From the NCBI GenBank assembly GCA_002794465.1, contig MTSL01000205.1, positions 129,810 to 161,809 of the forward strand: a stretch of 32,000 bases of DNA. Direction: 5' to 3'. Source of the DNA: Paramicrosporidium saccamoebae KSL3. Lineage: Eukaryota > Fungi > Cryptomycota. A program made the translations under genes and the position numbers. The notes under the pieces are model-generated. The model was not told the origin of the DNA, did no database searches, and was given only the letters and a program-made list of their open reading frames with translations. Of this stretch, positions 1 through 9,550 are shown piece after piece. The stretch's first letter is position 1. The number at the start of each line of letters is the position of its first letter.

Positions 1-538
1 CAACCAGGGTTGGAAGTTTCAGAATGTCTGTCATTCATTGTGAACGCTGTCCATCTATTGAGAAATAGGTATGTTTCGCAGTGAGAATGATGAGATTACT
101 GCCGCCCCAGTCTGAACAACACTGTAGATTGGTAGTATCACTGACTCGCTCTCTGGTTCAGTTCCCTTCTCATCTCTCAGACTTGCTCATGTCAGTGTCT
201 GTCGGTGCCATATGCTTATGAGGTATTAAAGGTGCATTGCAAGACGGGAATGATGACGCTAGCCATAATTCGCAGTTTCCACCATAGAGCTTGCGCTCGA
301 TGATGGCCGAATACTTCCTTGGAAGTCTGATCCGTCTTGAAATGCATTGTGACTTTTTCTCATCTCTAGATTCCTTATTAGGACAAGCCCAAAGCAGACT
401 AGTGTAAATAAATTTGTTAATTGTATATTTGCCCAGTTTTGTCGATAATTTTCCCATATTTGGGTGGCCGGTTGTTTGGTTAGGGAATAAAGCCTGTAAG
501 GAGATGAATGCAGTCACATCGGATTGCAATCAAGAGCA

Positions 539-1630
539 ATGACTCCTGAAGATAGCACAACAGCCAGCTACACATTCCAAACAGACAGAAAAGTCGCACT
601 ACTCACCGGAATCACTGGACAAGATGGATCCTATCTTACAGAGTTTCTCTTGGCAAAGGGCTATGAAGTGCATGGCATCATTCGTCGCTCCTCCTCTTTC
701 AACACGGGCCGACTTGAGCATCTGTACGCTGATCCTCACACCAAGCCCAAAATGTACCTTCACTATGGTGACTTGACCGACTCTTCCTGTCTCGTAAGCA
801 TTATCAGCCGAGTGAAGCCTACTGAGGTTTACAACTTGGCTGCCCAAAGCCACGTAAAAGTCTCCTTTGACATGGCTGAATACACTGGAGATGTCGACGC
901 TTTGGGTACCCTCCGTCTTCTTGATGCCATTCGTACTTGCGGAATGTCTGACAAAGTGCGCTTCTACCAAGCGTCAACCAGTGAGCTGTACGGCAAGGTG
1001 GTTGAGACTCCTCAGAAAGAGTCCACCCCATTCTATCCCCGCTCCCCATATGGTGTGGCCAAACTCTATTCTTACTGGATCGTTGTTAACTATCGAGAGG
1101 CATACAACATGTACGCCTGCAATGGAATCCTATTCAACCACGAGTCACCTCGTCGTGGCCGCACCTTTGTTACTCGTAAGATCAGTCGGGCTGTAGCCGA
1201 GATCTCCCTCGGCCAGATCCCATGCGTTTACCTTGGAAACTTGGATTCCCGCCGTGATTGGGGCCATGCTCGTGACTACATTGAGGGAATGTGGCTTATG
1301 CTGCAACAAGATAACCCCGACGACTATGTACTCGCCACAAATGAGTGCCACTCTGTTCGCGAATTTGTCGAAATGGCCTTTGATGTTGTGAATGTAAAGA
1401 TTACCTGGGAAGGAAAGGACGAGAAGGAAATTGGCAGAGATCAGGATGGAAATGTGCGAGTTCGTGTTGATCCTGCCTACTATCGTCCAACCGAGGTCGA
1501 TCTATTGTTGGGAGACTCTACCAAGGCCCGTAAGAAGCTGGGATGGATACCAAAGTGCTCGTTCCCTGAACTCGTTCGGGAAATGGTTCTCAGTGATATT
1601 GACTCGGCTAAGCGTCGTGACCAGCAATAA
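539..1630 (+). CDS. GMD: GDP-mannose 4,6-dehydratase, intronless
   Basis: Rossmann motif [54 protein letters not shown] (YxxxK), [19 protein letters not shown]. First ATG is at 539; the track ORF starts at a TTG at 524. Confidence 0.96.
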   Translation: MTPEDSTTASYTFQTDRKVALLTGITGQDGSYLTEFLLAKGYEVHGIIRRSSSFNTGRLEHLYADPHTKPKMYLHYGDLTDSSCLVSIISRVKPTEVYNLAAQSHVKVSFDMAEYTGDVDALGTLRLLDAIRTCGMSDKVRFYQASTSELYGKVVETPQKESTPFYPRSPYGVAKLYSYWIVVNYREAYNMYACNGILFNHESPRRGRTFVTRKISRAVAEISLGQIPCVYLGNLDSRRDWGHARDYIEGMWLMLQQDNPDDYVLATNECHSVREFVEMAFDVVNVKITWEGKDEKEIGRDQDGNVRVRVDPAYYRPTEVDLLLGDSTKARKKLGWIPKCSFPELVREMVLSDIDSAKRRDQQ

Positions 1631-1765
1631 CCTTGTAATTTTGTACTTTGATTGTGTTACGTGGTAGTCATAAAAGGAATGATTAAATCTTATACTGTTG
1701 TTTAACATTGGCGGGAAATTGTCACTCGGCGGTTGGTCAGGACAGGACAGTGGTAGTCATCCTGC

Positions 1766-1798
1766 CTTTCAACTTTCAACTTTCAACTCTCGACTTTC
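1766..1798. repeat. Short tandem heptamer (CTTTCAA)x3 plus degenerate CTCTCGA-CTTTC
   Basis: Read directly: ctttcaa ctttcaa ctttcaa ctctcga ctttc, 35-67 nt upstream of the NUF2 ATG. Confidence 0.85.
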
Positions 1799-1832
1799 CC
1801 CGGCTTTTTCGGACTAGTCGATTTCAAGCAAA

Positions 1833-3185
1833 ATGTTGGGGGGACGGAATAACGGCACCTCAAATATGAGGACAGTGTACTCATTTCCCGAGTTGCGAAA
1901 TGTTGAAATATTACAGTGCATGGAAGACTTGCGGATCCCGCTGAGTGAAGCTGAGCTTACAAAGCCTAGCACGGCAATCGTTCAGCGAATTTTTGAATCC
2001 TTTGCGGACATTTTCATGGGAATTAGCAAGGAACAGCTCGGACAACAGCCGACATTTCAAGTGGTCGAAACTTTAGAACATCCGGACTTGCACCTTGACT
2101 CTATAAATCTAGTGGCCTTTTATCGTTTATTGCTGCGGCTGATGATTGAAGTTGGAATTGAAGACTTTTCCTTGCGAGACTTGATCAAGCCCGAAACTCC
2201 TCGTCTTAGGATAATACTCTCGGCAGTAATCAATTTTGCAAAGTTCCGAGAGGAGCAATTATCAGTGTTTGAAGAATTTTCACGACGTGGAGAGGAAGCT
2301 GTTGAGCAACGGGTGAAGCTATCCAAGCGGCACGAAGAGCTAGCTGTCAGAATTGCACATGTGAAGGCAAAACATCGAGATGAAGAGCCGGCAACTCTCC
2401 AGCTAAAAGACGAAATGGCAAACATGATTCAAATTCTCCGAGATTTAAAGAAAGAACAGACCGCCCTTTCTGCCGAATTGGATGCTTACAAGTCTCGTAA
2501 AAGCGAGGTTTCAGAAAAAATGGCGCAGACGCAATTCCTGCTGGGGAATGTGAAGCAGGAATGTAACAAGCTGAAATCGAGAATTGTCCACAGTCCCGAA
2601 AAGCTCTTGCAAATTATAGCCGAGATGAATGCCAGCATTAATAATGAAAAGACCAACCTTTCACAGCTTGAGAAGCGTTCTCGCGAGCTCCAAATGAAGC
2701 TGGAAGCGTTGGCGCATCTTGAGCAAGAGTTGCTGCGTACTCTACAAGGAATGGAGTCCTTGAATGGAGACTTGAGAAAGAGGGATGAGTTGCTTTCTAA
2801 GGTTCGGGAAGAACGAGATGCAATTGAGCGGCAACAGATTCTGGCCAAGGACCTCTCCATCAAGGAGACCCAAATAATCCGACAGATGAATGCTGCACAG
2901 GATAAGGTTTCTCGCCTGCAGCGATCTCAACAAGAGCGGCGTGACAATATGGGCTTGCGATTAAAGACGCTCCAAGAAGAATACCAAGTTGTTGCCGAAG
3001 ACCGCAGTAGAGCAGCCAGCAAAATTGAACAGAGCGATAAGCTTGTAAAGGACTTTGAAACTCGAATGGGTGAGCTGCGCCGTAGTCATGAAACAGAAGT
3101 GGCATCGATGCGCACCGAATGTGTTGCTCTCAAAGCCCGTGTTGTTTCATATACTAATGAGATGAAGAAGCATTTAAAGTCTTAA
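1833..3185 (+). CDS. NUF2: Kinetochore NDC80-complex subunit Nuf2
   Basis: N-terminal Nuf2 CH-like region (YSFPELRNVEILQCM, FSLRDLIKPETPRLRIILSAVINFAKFREE) followed by a long coiled coil containing RIVHSPEKL. Alternative start at ATG 1866. Confidence 0.9.
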   Translation: MLGGRNNGTSNMRTVYSFPELRNVEILQCMEDLRIPLSEAELTKPSTAIVQRIFESFADIFMGISKEQLGQQPTFQVVETLEHPDLHLDSINLVAFYRLLLRLMIEVGIEDFSLRDLIKPETPRLRIILSAVINFAKFREEQLSVFEEFSRRGEEAVEQRVKLSKRHEELAVRIAHVKAKHRDEEPATLQLKDEMANMIQILRDLKKEQTALSAELDAYKSRKSEVSEKMAQTQFLLGNVKQECNKLKSRIVHSPEKLLQIIAEMNASINNEKTNLSQLEKRSRELQMKLEALAHLEQELLRTLQGMESLNGDLRKRDELLSKVREERDAIERQQILAKDLSIKETQIIRQMNAAQDKVSRLQRSQQERRDNMGLRLKTLQEEYQVVAEDRSRAASKIEQSDKLVKDFETRMGELRRSHETEVASMRTECVALKARVVSYTNEMKKHLKS

Positions 3186-3258
3186 AAGTAGTGAAGTTTG
3201 ATAAATATTTTACTTGTGTGTGCGTGTAGGGGAGGAGGAGGGAGGGGGGTTTGAAATA

Positions 3259-3280
3259 GGGTAGCGGCCTATAAGGCGCC
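3259..3280 (+). repeat. Half copy (a) of the dispersed TATAAAG element
   Basis: GGGTAGCGGCCTATAAGGCGCC matches the core of the copies at 7347-7416 and 27197-27266 with a 1-nt deletion; the second box is absent. Confidence 0.6.
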
Positions 3281-3360
3281 TTGAGAATATATATCGTCGA
3301 CTTGCGGAGTTAAAGTAAAAGACCCTCTATTCGTATCCTGGTCTGTAGTTGTACTATCTC

Positions 3361-3422
3361 ATATTGATGAGCGAATTGATTTTATTAAAGTGTATGGCTT
3401 CTTTATAAGCAGTCATCCTTAG
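3361..3422 (-). repeat. Copy (b) of the dispersed TATAAAG element
   Basis: Minus strand reads CTAAGGATGACTGCTTATAAAGAAGCCATACACTTTAATAAAATCAATTCGCTCATCAATAT and aligns with the 27197 copy CTGAGGATGATGGCCTATAAAGGCGCCACATACTTAATAGAAC. Confidence 0.65.
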
Positions 3423-3595
3423 TACGGCTGGAATGACTCGTGAGATTGCTATCCGCGTTGGATCTACCAATGATACACGGATGCTGTTTAACGGCCCTTT
3501 TGATGAAACCACTCGCTCTCACTCTCTCGCACTAAAGGCCCCTTTATTCTTGATCAGTATATATGCTATACTCACTCATGACTTGTAATTGTGCT

Positions 3596-5764
3596 CTACA
3601 GATTATACTGTCGTATTGCATTCAATAAATTTTGGGTTCCTCGAAGCTGTTGATCCAAATAAGAGACTGTAGTCTCAATTTGGCATCGGAGTAGATCCTT
3701 CTCGGCTCTAAGTTGCCTCTGCTGGTGTAACGCCGACTCAAAGCGCGCCGCTAGGCTCAGTTGATGCTCGGTCAACCTAGCACGTGCCTGAGACTCTAAA
3801 AGTCTAGCGGGATTGGTCACCCATAGATCGGAGCTTATGACATGACTATAGTGATTAACAAGACGACTTCGAACTATAGACTCCAGGTCCCCAAGAAGAA
3901 CCAGAAGGGCAGCTCCTCCGGTAGCGACAACAAGAGAAATGGTTACAATCTTGCCAGCACTTCGTGACAGGTCAAAGACGCGAAGAGCAAGTGAAAATAA
4001 GTGCTGATATCCAAATGTAGCTCCAGCTATGGTGGCCGCGCTGAGCCAAGTTGATCCACGCAAAAGAAGTGAAACATCAAGTAGATCCAAGACGGCAATC
4101 TCGGGGATTGGGTCAATAAGGGACTCGTAGCTTGGAAATGCCAATTCGCACGATACGTCCTCATTAGAAACCAAATTAAAGACCTGTCTGGCATGTGCGG
4201 TTGCAACGCCATTCAAAAGATGGACTCCTTCGTAAGTGTTGGCAATTGCAAGCTGGCGAGCATCTCTCATCCATAACATTGCTTCCTGATGCAGTTTGGT
4301 GCGTACTAAATCGTTAAATTTCCAAATGTAGATGATCCCATTCCACTTTGACTCATAGACGATAGAATGTATCTTTTCAAACTTTGTCAAGTGTGTCTTG
4401 ATGTGATCATACAAACTTTGGCAAATCTCATCTAGAGTACGTCGGAGGTCTGCCTGAATTATGCCGTGATGGGCCATTAATTCTTCAAAGCAAGGGGCGA
4501 TTATATCCAATTCATGCTGGAGCCTGTTCAAGTCTTCAAAGCGGCGCTTGCGGTTATTGTCTAGGACAATGAACATTTCATTCAACAAAAGCTGGAGATA
4601 TGTTTGGGCAGGGAGAAGTTTAGATTTGGTCCGCTTCTCCAATATAAAGTTTCTCAGACACCTTTCCACCGATTTAAAGTCTTCGTGGATTCTAAACGAA
4701 TCCCCAATGTCTCTAGTCTCCACTGAAGAAGCTGACATTGGCGAGGCAGGATCGAAATTGCTGCTGCTTACTTGCTTAAAATACTGCCCGGCACTGATGA
4801 AATGTATCAACTCGGATCGTTCTTCATATGTCTTGGGCAGCACTTCCTGGATTTGGGCCAATACAATTCGCTTACATTTATCCTGGTTCTTGATATCGTC
4901 AAATTTGTTCACAACAACAAATATATAGGCTTTCTCATGGCTGGCAGTCTCCAAAAACTCGCGTGCACTCAAAGTCAAATGATTTGCGGCATTAATGAGG
5001 AACACTATGACATCAATGTCTTCTTGCTTTGAAAAAAGGGCCATAGTCTTAAAAAGGTCACTATTGAGACCAGGAGAATCAATCAGACTAACTTCAATCT
5101 GAGAACACTGAGCAAAGGCATTCACGTCGTCCTCTAAAAGGACTCGGAATAACTGGTAGCTCGATTCTTCGTCTTGAATGCACTCTTGCATCTTCGAAAT
5201 GGTCATCTTATCATACGTTTGAGGATTCTCCGAGTTGTAGATACTATAGTCTGCCATTGCATGGACACAAAACTCATCACGGGAAAAGGCATTCCGGACG
5301 GGGACTACCTCACAGAAACATTGAGTGCAAGGCTGCTGATCTGTGGGAAGTAAATCTTTTTGGAGCAAGGCATTAACAAACGTGGATTTTCCAGAATTCA
5401 CATCGCCAGTGACCAGCACTTTGCTACATTTGTCTCCAACTCGGCCATGGAGTCTCTCCAGGTATGAGATACATTCGCCTAGTCGATTTCCCATCATTCT
5501 TGCCAAAGTAACCTCATCCATTTCGCCCTCACGAATGGACAACTCGTCAGGTAGGGCTAGAAGCTTCAAATCTCCAGTCTTTATTGTTCTCATTGCAGAC
5601 TGGCCACGGCCGTGTTTTCCGTCACTCGAAATGGCCCCACCACGAGGATACAGCAAAGAAAACTTTTCTGATATGTGAGCATTGTAAATCGACTCTAAAA
5701 GCGTTCTGCTTTGCTGAATGTAAGATAAAATGCGAGCCTGCTTGTCAGAAAAGTTCTCAGACAT
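3596..5764 (-). CDS. FZO1: Mitofusin / Fzo1 dynamin-related transmembrane GTPase
   Basis: G1 GDVNSGKSTFVNALL, LLPTDQQPCT, G3 LIDSPGLN, G4 VVNKFD, hydrophobic C-terminal hairpin and terminal coiled coil. Confidence 0.9.
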   Translation of the reverse strand: MSENFSDKQARILSYIQQSRTLLESIYNAHISEKFSLLYPRGGAISSDGKHGRGQSAMRTIKTGDLKLLALPDELSIREGEMDEVTLARMMGNRLGECISYLERLHGRVGDKCSKVLVTGDVNSGKSTFVNALLQKDLLPTDQQPCTQCFCEVVPVRNAFSRDEFCVHAMADYSIYNSENPQTYDKMTISKMQECIQDEESSYQLFRVLLEDDVNAFAQCSQIEVSLIDSPGLNSDLFKTMALFSKQEDIDVIVFLINAANHLTLSAREFLETASHEKAYIFVVVNKFDDIKNQDKCKRIVLAQIQEVLPKTYEERSELIHFISAGQYFKQVSSSNFDPASPMSASSVETRDIGDSFRIHEDFKSVERCLRNFILEKRTKSKLLPAQTYLQLLLNEMFIVLDNNRKRRFEDLNRLQHELDIIAPCFEELMAHHGIIQADLRRTLDEICQSLYDHIKTHLTKFEKIHSIVYESKWNGIIYIWKFNDLVRTKLHQEAMLWMRDARQLAIANTYEGVHLLNGVATAHARQVFNLVSNEDVSCELAFPSYESLIDPIPEIAVLDLLDVSLLLRGSTWLSAATIAGATFGYQHLFSLALRVFDLSRSAGKIVTISLVVATGGAALLVLLGDLESIVRSRLVNHYSHVISSDLWVTNPARLLESQARARLTEHQLSLAARFESALHQQRQLRAEKDLLRCQIETTVSYLDQQLRGTQNLLNAIRQYNL

Positions 5765-5971
5765 TAACTAGCCAATGGTGACGGAGCAGTTGTATAGATA
5801 AAAATCCAACATCACGCCTGTGGAACATGTACACCTTGGCTTGATGCTCGCATTATTTCTTGTTAATTCCACTTGTGACAATCTGAGTAAATGAATGATC
5901 TGTAGCATAAAAGGCTCATGGCACGCAACCCACCGCCCTACAATAAGCAAAATTACCATCGTTGTTTTAAA

Positions 5972-7323
5972 ATGCGTATTCTTCCCGCGGCGATTGTAGC
6001 TTTTGCCGTCCACACTGTTGACGCATTTGACTTGCAACCCTTTCCGAAGCTCAAGATAAATCCAGAGGTCATCCCTTCCGAGTCAGGGACAAGAACCTTT
6101 GCCGACGTTCGTACTGATTCTTTCCTAGTAGACTGGGAACCGTATGAACTTGACATACAGGAGCATCTCCTATTAGATGTAAGGCCCTCCCATTACATAC
6201 TCATCACTAGACTGCAAGAGAGGGCTTAGTCACTGACAAGCAAACACTTTTGGTAAAGGGAAATGACGGCATTGACCACGAATGTTTCCTCCCCGTCGAT
6301 AATGACCATGGCATTTCTTCCGAAGCCGGAGCACTCGATGCTCTTAATCATCCGGAGGCCTACGTGATTAATACTGAAAAAGTAAGGAAAACCTGCATGC
6401 ATTTGGTAAATTCTCAAGAGAGTGTTCATATTATATAGCAAGGAGGATATTGGACGTATGAAGTTTGTCCTATGAAGCATGTCCGCCAGTATCACCGTGA
6501 CAAAAAAAAGGCTTCGCTGGGAATGAAGGTCTTTGATCTTCCAGACGCCTCCCAAGGTCTACTCGGAGGGGCCTTTGGAGATGTCGTGCAAGCCATGATT
6601 GGACGTGGAGAACAAGAAATTATCACAGACGAATATCTTCTTGGCCGCTATATACCCGAGTCAGAGGACGATCGGATGGTCAATGGCCAACTGGTTCAAC
6701 ACTATATTGATGGTGACAGATGCGCTGATATGGATTCTCATCCTCCGCGGCAAGTAGAGGTGCGATATGAATGCAGCTTTGCCAAAGCAATGGATCACAT
6801 TATTGATGTTACAGAAATATCTTCGTGCAGATATTTCGTCCGTATTGGTAGCCCGGGCGTTTGCGATCCGGCTTTGAAGTCTCAGCCGTCAAAACGCACG
6901 ATCCACTGCTACCCGCTTTCAGTATCCGCGGCTTCAGGACACCCCGTTGAAAGCGATACAGGTTTGGAGTCCTCGATCCAAGTCGAAACGCCAAGGTCTA
7001 GTGACAGCCCGCCCGTAAAAGTAGAGAACAAGAATAGACGATTTTGGAAGCAACGTTTACGTGAATTTTTGACACACGACGGGCACGATTTCCCCCTCAT
7101 TCACAAATTCCTCAACGAGTTCATGGAGGCCGAGCATATGAACATGCCGAATGCCAATGATGATCTTCCTGACCGTCTGGTTCAAAAATGGTTCGCTCTA
7201 TTGGATATTGATCCTGACAGGTCTAAAGCAAGCAGCGCCGCGAAAAACGAACAAGAAGAAAGTGACGAGGACAGGAAAAAGTCGGCATCTAAAACAAAGG
7301 TTGTCTTTAATTTGCGACTGTGA
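5972..7323 (+). CDS. OS-9/Yos9-like ER lectin with MRH (PRKCSH) domain; exons 5972-6178, 6211-6405, 6439-7323
   Basis: Signal peptide MRILPAAIVAFAVHTVDA. Two GT-AG introns (6179-6210, 32 nt; 6406-6438, 33 nt) join three ORF pieces into TCMHL|QGGYWTYEVCPMKHVRQYH...GDRC...RQVEVRYEC...VTEISSCRY, the MRH signature. Confidence 0.85.
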
Positions 7324-7346
7324 GTAAACATTGTGTGGTTATACTA

Positions 7347-7416
7347 AAGACCCTGTTGATGGACCGAGAAGATGTCTTGATGGAAGCATGTGGCGTCTTT
7401 ATAGGCCGCCACCCAG
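7347..7416 (-). repeat. Copy (c) of the dispersed TATAAAG element
   Basis: Minus strand: CTGGGTGGCGGCCTATAAAGACGCCACATGCTTCCATCAAGACATCTTCTCGGTCCATCAACAGGGTCTT. The 24-nt core is 22/24 identical to 27208-27231. Confidence 0.8.
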
Positions 7417-7477
7417 CACACCGGATCGTAAGATAACTGTCAGGACCGCCAGTCATAAGTAGACACTATTTGTCTAA

Positions 7478-7543
7478 CAAACCCTGTTGGTGAACAGAAA
7501 AACTGCATTGATTAGTGGCGACGTCTTTATAACTCTGCCCTCA
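7478..7543 (-). repeat. Copy (e), diverged tandem duplicate of (c)
   Basis: Plus strand accctgttggtgaacagaaaaactgcattgatt...cgtctttata aligns with accctgttgatggaccgagaagatgtcttgatg...cgtctttata about 130 nt upstream. Confidence 0.65.
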
Positions 7544-7635
7544 ATAAAGCAGATCCCTGATTCGTAGTAGATATACTTTCGCAAATATCATATTATGAGT
7601 TTATTATTGCACTACTAACTTACTACTGGACTGTT

Positions 7636-9339
7636 TCAAGCGGAAATAATTGTGCACCAATTCTCTTGGGGAATCCATTTTAATGCCCCCTGGCTCAATA
7701 TCTCTCGAATGGCCTGGATCACACTGTAAGATTGGCGACCTGCATTAGCGCCTGTACGACCATTTCGTCCACGTTGCAGCTTGAAAGAGGATCGTGAATT
7801 CTCAGAAGCTACATCAGCACAAAAATCAGGTCCAAGTAGAACCGAGGGCTGCCCATAAATTCGGAGAGAATAGTCAATCACCAAAGCAATGACAAAGTTA
7901 TCAGAACTACGGTTCAGCCGGTATTGAGGCAGGTCGCCGAAGAACGATTTTTTAAGATCGATCAAAGTGTAGCAGTCTTTATACGCAGAGAGGACATTCT
8001 GCAGATCAGCAACAGAAACCGTCAAGCTCATGTTTTGATAGCGCGAGATGACTCTATCGTCCTTCTGTTTGTACATTGCAATAAATCTCGACACAATGTA
8101 GTTAGTCCGGGTAGGTTGGTAATTATTGGCATCCATATCCTGTTTCCTGGTGTCAAGAAACAACGACTGTGTGCGAGCACATCGAAGCTTATACAAATTC
8201 TCAATAGTAAAGTTTGGGAGCTTTGTTCTATCCGCCTTGAGGATCCGACAGAGAGCCATCTCATCAGATGCAAAAATTACCCTTGCGACTTTTCCAGTGA
8301 TTTCAGCATTTCCAATTCCTTCGAAGAGTACAAACAGATGCTCTGGATACAATACGGGAATCTGGCCTATCGAAGCAGGGCTTAGTGGATTGGCTTTAAA
8401 TTTACGAGTCCAAGCAATGACCATGTCGACAAATGTTCTGGCCATGCGTTGCCATGGAGGGTCCTCATTCCAAAGTGCTTGAACTGAGTTGCTGAACACA
8501 GTTTCATCGGCTCCACTGCCATGAATAATATGAGATACAAAGAACAGGAGCTTTGATTGTGCTTGTGACCTGTTTTTCTGAACCATTCGGCTCATAGTCG
8601 TGCCAACGTTAGCTAATTGGGATAGCTTGGTCTGGCAAATAATGCTGAGATAATGGATAAGACCATAGATTGATATGTCGCTGGTTTCAATACTTTTAGC
8701 CACGGCTTGCGAAAGCGGTGAACCATGACTCAAGTTCATTCTTACATCAAGCCCTGATGCAAAGTCAAAGTCTGCCGATGCTAGTGTGTCGGGAACAATG
8801 GCTGCTGGTATTTTTCTAAGCCAAGCTGTCACTTCGGGATGCGTCGGGTTGCAGCGTGCCAGTTTTGCAATATGCTCAGACTGATTGGTGGTGTTTAATC
8901 GCCGCTTGCGGGGATCCCTCTGATCAGTAGATGGTAGGGAAATTTGGGTATACCCAAATTCAATAAAGTAGCCTTCCACAGAAGCTCTTTCGGCAAGTTT
9001 TGCTACGCAGGATACACGACCAAAGAAATCATGTAGCAGCCAAGGAGTCTTTGATAGCATCGACATAATCTTCAAGATAGTGTCTCTATCAAACTTCTTA
9101 CACAAAGCCTTTCCGGGGAACAAATTTATCGGTAAAGCTGACAGAGTGTGAATGAATTTGGGAAATCCTGCGTTGTAGTCTGTAGATTTGCTAATGGTAG
9201 TCCAGAATTGTATCAAGGACTCTTCTTGCAAGCATTTTGCGATACGATGCACGTCTGTCTTTATAGTAATCGATAAAGAGTGGGCTATTAACAGAGATAG
9301 AAGCACTCGATATACTTTTGCATTCAGGAGACAAAGCAT
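7636..9339 (-). CDS. Hypothetical 567-aa protein, no family recognised, possible N-terminal signal peptide
   Basis: Uninterrupted 1.7-kb ORF filling the gap between genes; hydrophobic N-terminus RVLLSLLIAHSLSI. Confidence 0.75.
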   Translation of the reverse strand: MLCLLNAKVYRVLLSLLIAHSLSITIKTDVHRIAKCLQEESLIQFWTTISKSTDYNAGFPKFIHTLSALPINLFPGKALCKKFDRDTILKIMSMLSKTPWLLHDFFGRVSCVAKLAERASVEGYFIEFGYTQISLPSTDQRDPRKRRLNTTNQSEHIAKLARCNPTHPEVTAWLRKIPAAIVPDTLASADFDFASGLDVRMNLSHGSPLSQAVAKSIETSDISIYGLIHYLSIICQTKLSQLANVGTTMSRMVQKNRSQAQSKLLFFVSHIIHGSGADETVFSNSVQALWNEDPPWQRMARTFVDMVIAWTRKFKANPLSPASIGQIPVLYPEHLFVLFEGIGNAEITGKVARVIFASDEMALCRILKADRTKLPNFTIENLYKLRCARTQSLFLDTRKQDMDANNYQPTRTNYIVSRFIAMYKQKDDRVISRYQNMSLTVSVADLQNVLSAYKDCYTLIDLKKSFFGDLPQYRLNRSSDNFVIALVIDYSLRIYGQPSVLLGPDFCADVASENSRSSFKLQRGRNGRTGANAGRQSYSVIQAIREILSQGALKWIPQENWCTIISA

Positions 9340-9550
9340 GTCGTTGAATGGAAGGTGATTTGGCCGATTTGGTGCGGTTTAGTGCGATTTAAGGGCACAA
9401 TTTACTAAATCAGGAAATCAGATTACATCAGATCGGAAATATACGGGATTATAAGTAATGGCCTTTTATTGAGATTCCCGGACCGTGCGCATTTTCTCAT
9501 AATATACAACTTTATTTAATTCTGATGTGACTTTTGCAATGTTCGCAACT

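Noticed and set aside
1-529. Track ORF 170..529(-) and a possible last exon 288-407(+) ending TAAATAAA
   Set aside because: No recognisable protein, and I could not build a consistent spliced model on either strand; left unannotated.
7391-7415. Resemblance of GGCGTCTTTATAGGCCGCCACCCA to the histone 3' stem-loop
   Set aside because: It does not form the fixed 6-bp stem with 4-nt loop, the neighbours are not histones, and UTP18 has its own AATAAA upstream of its copy.
9428-9550. U5 snRNA-like words (CAGATCG, GCCTTTTAT, AGATTCCCG, 3' hairpin)
   Set aside because: The bases flanking GCCTTTTAT do not form stem I and the Sm site is interrupted; a cmscan would settle it.
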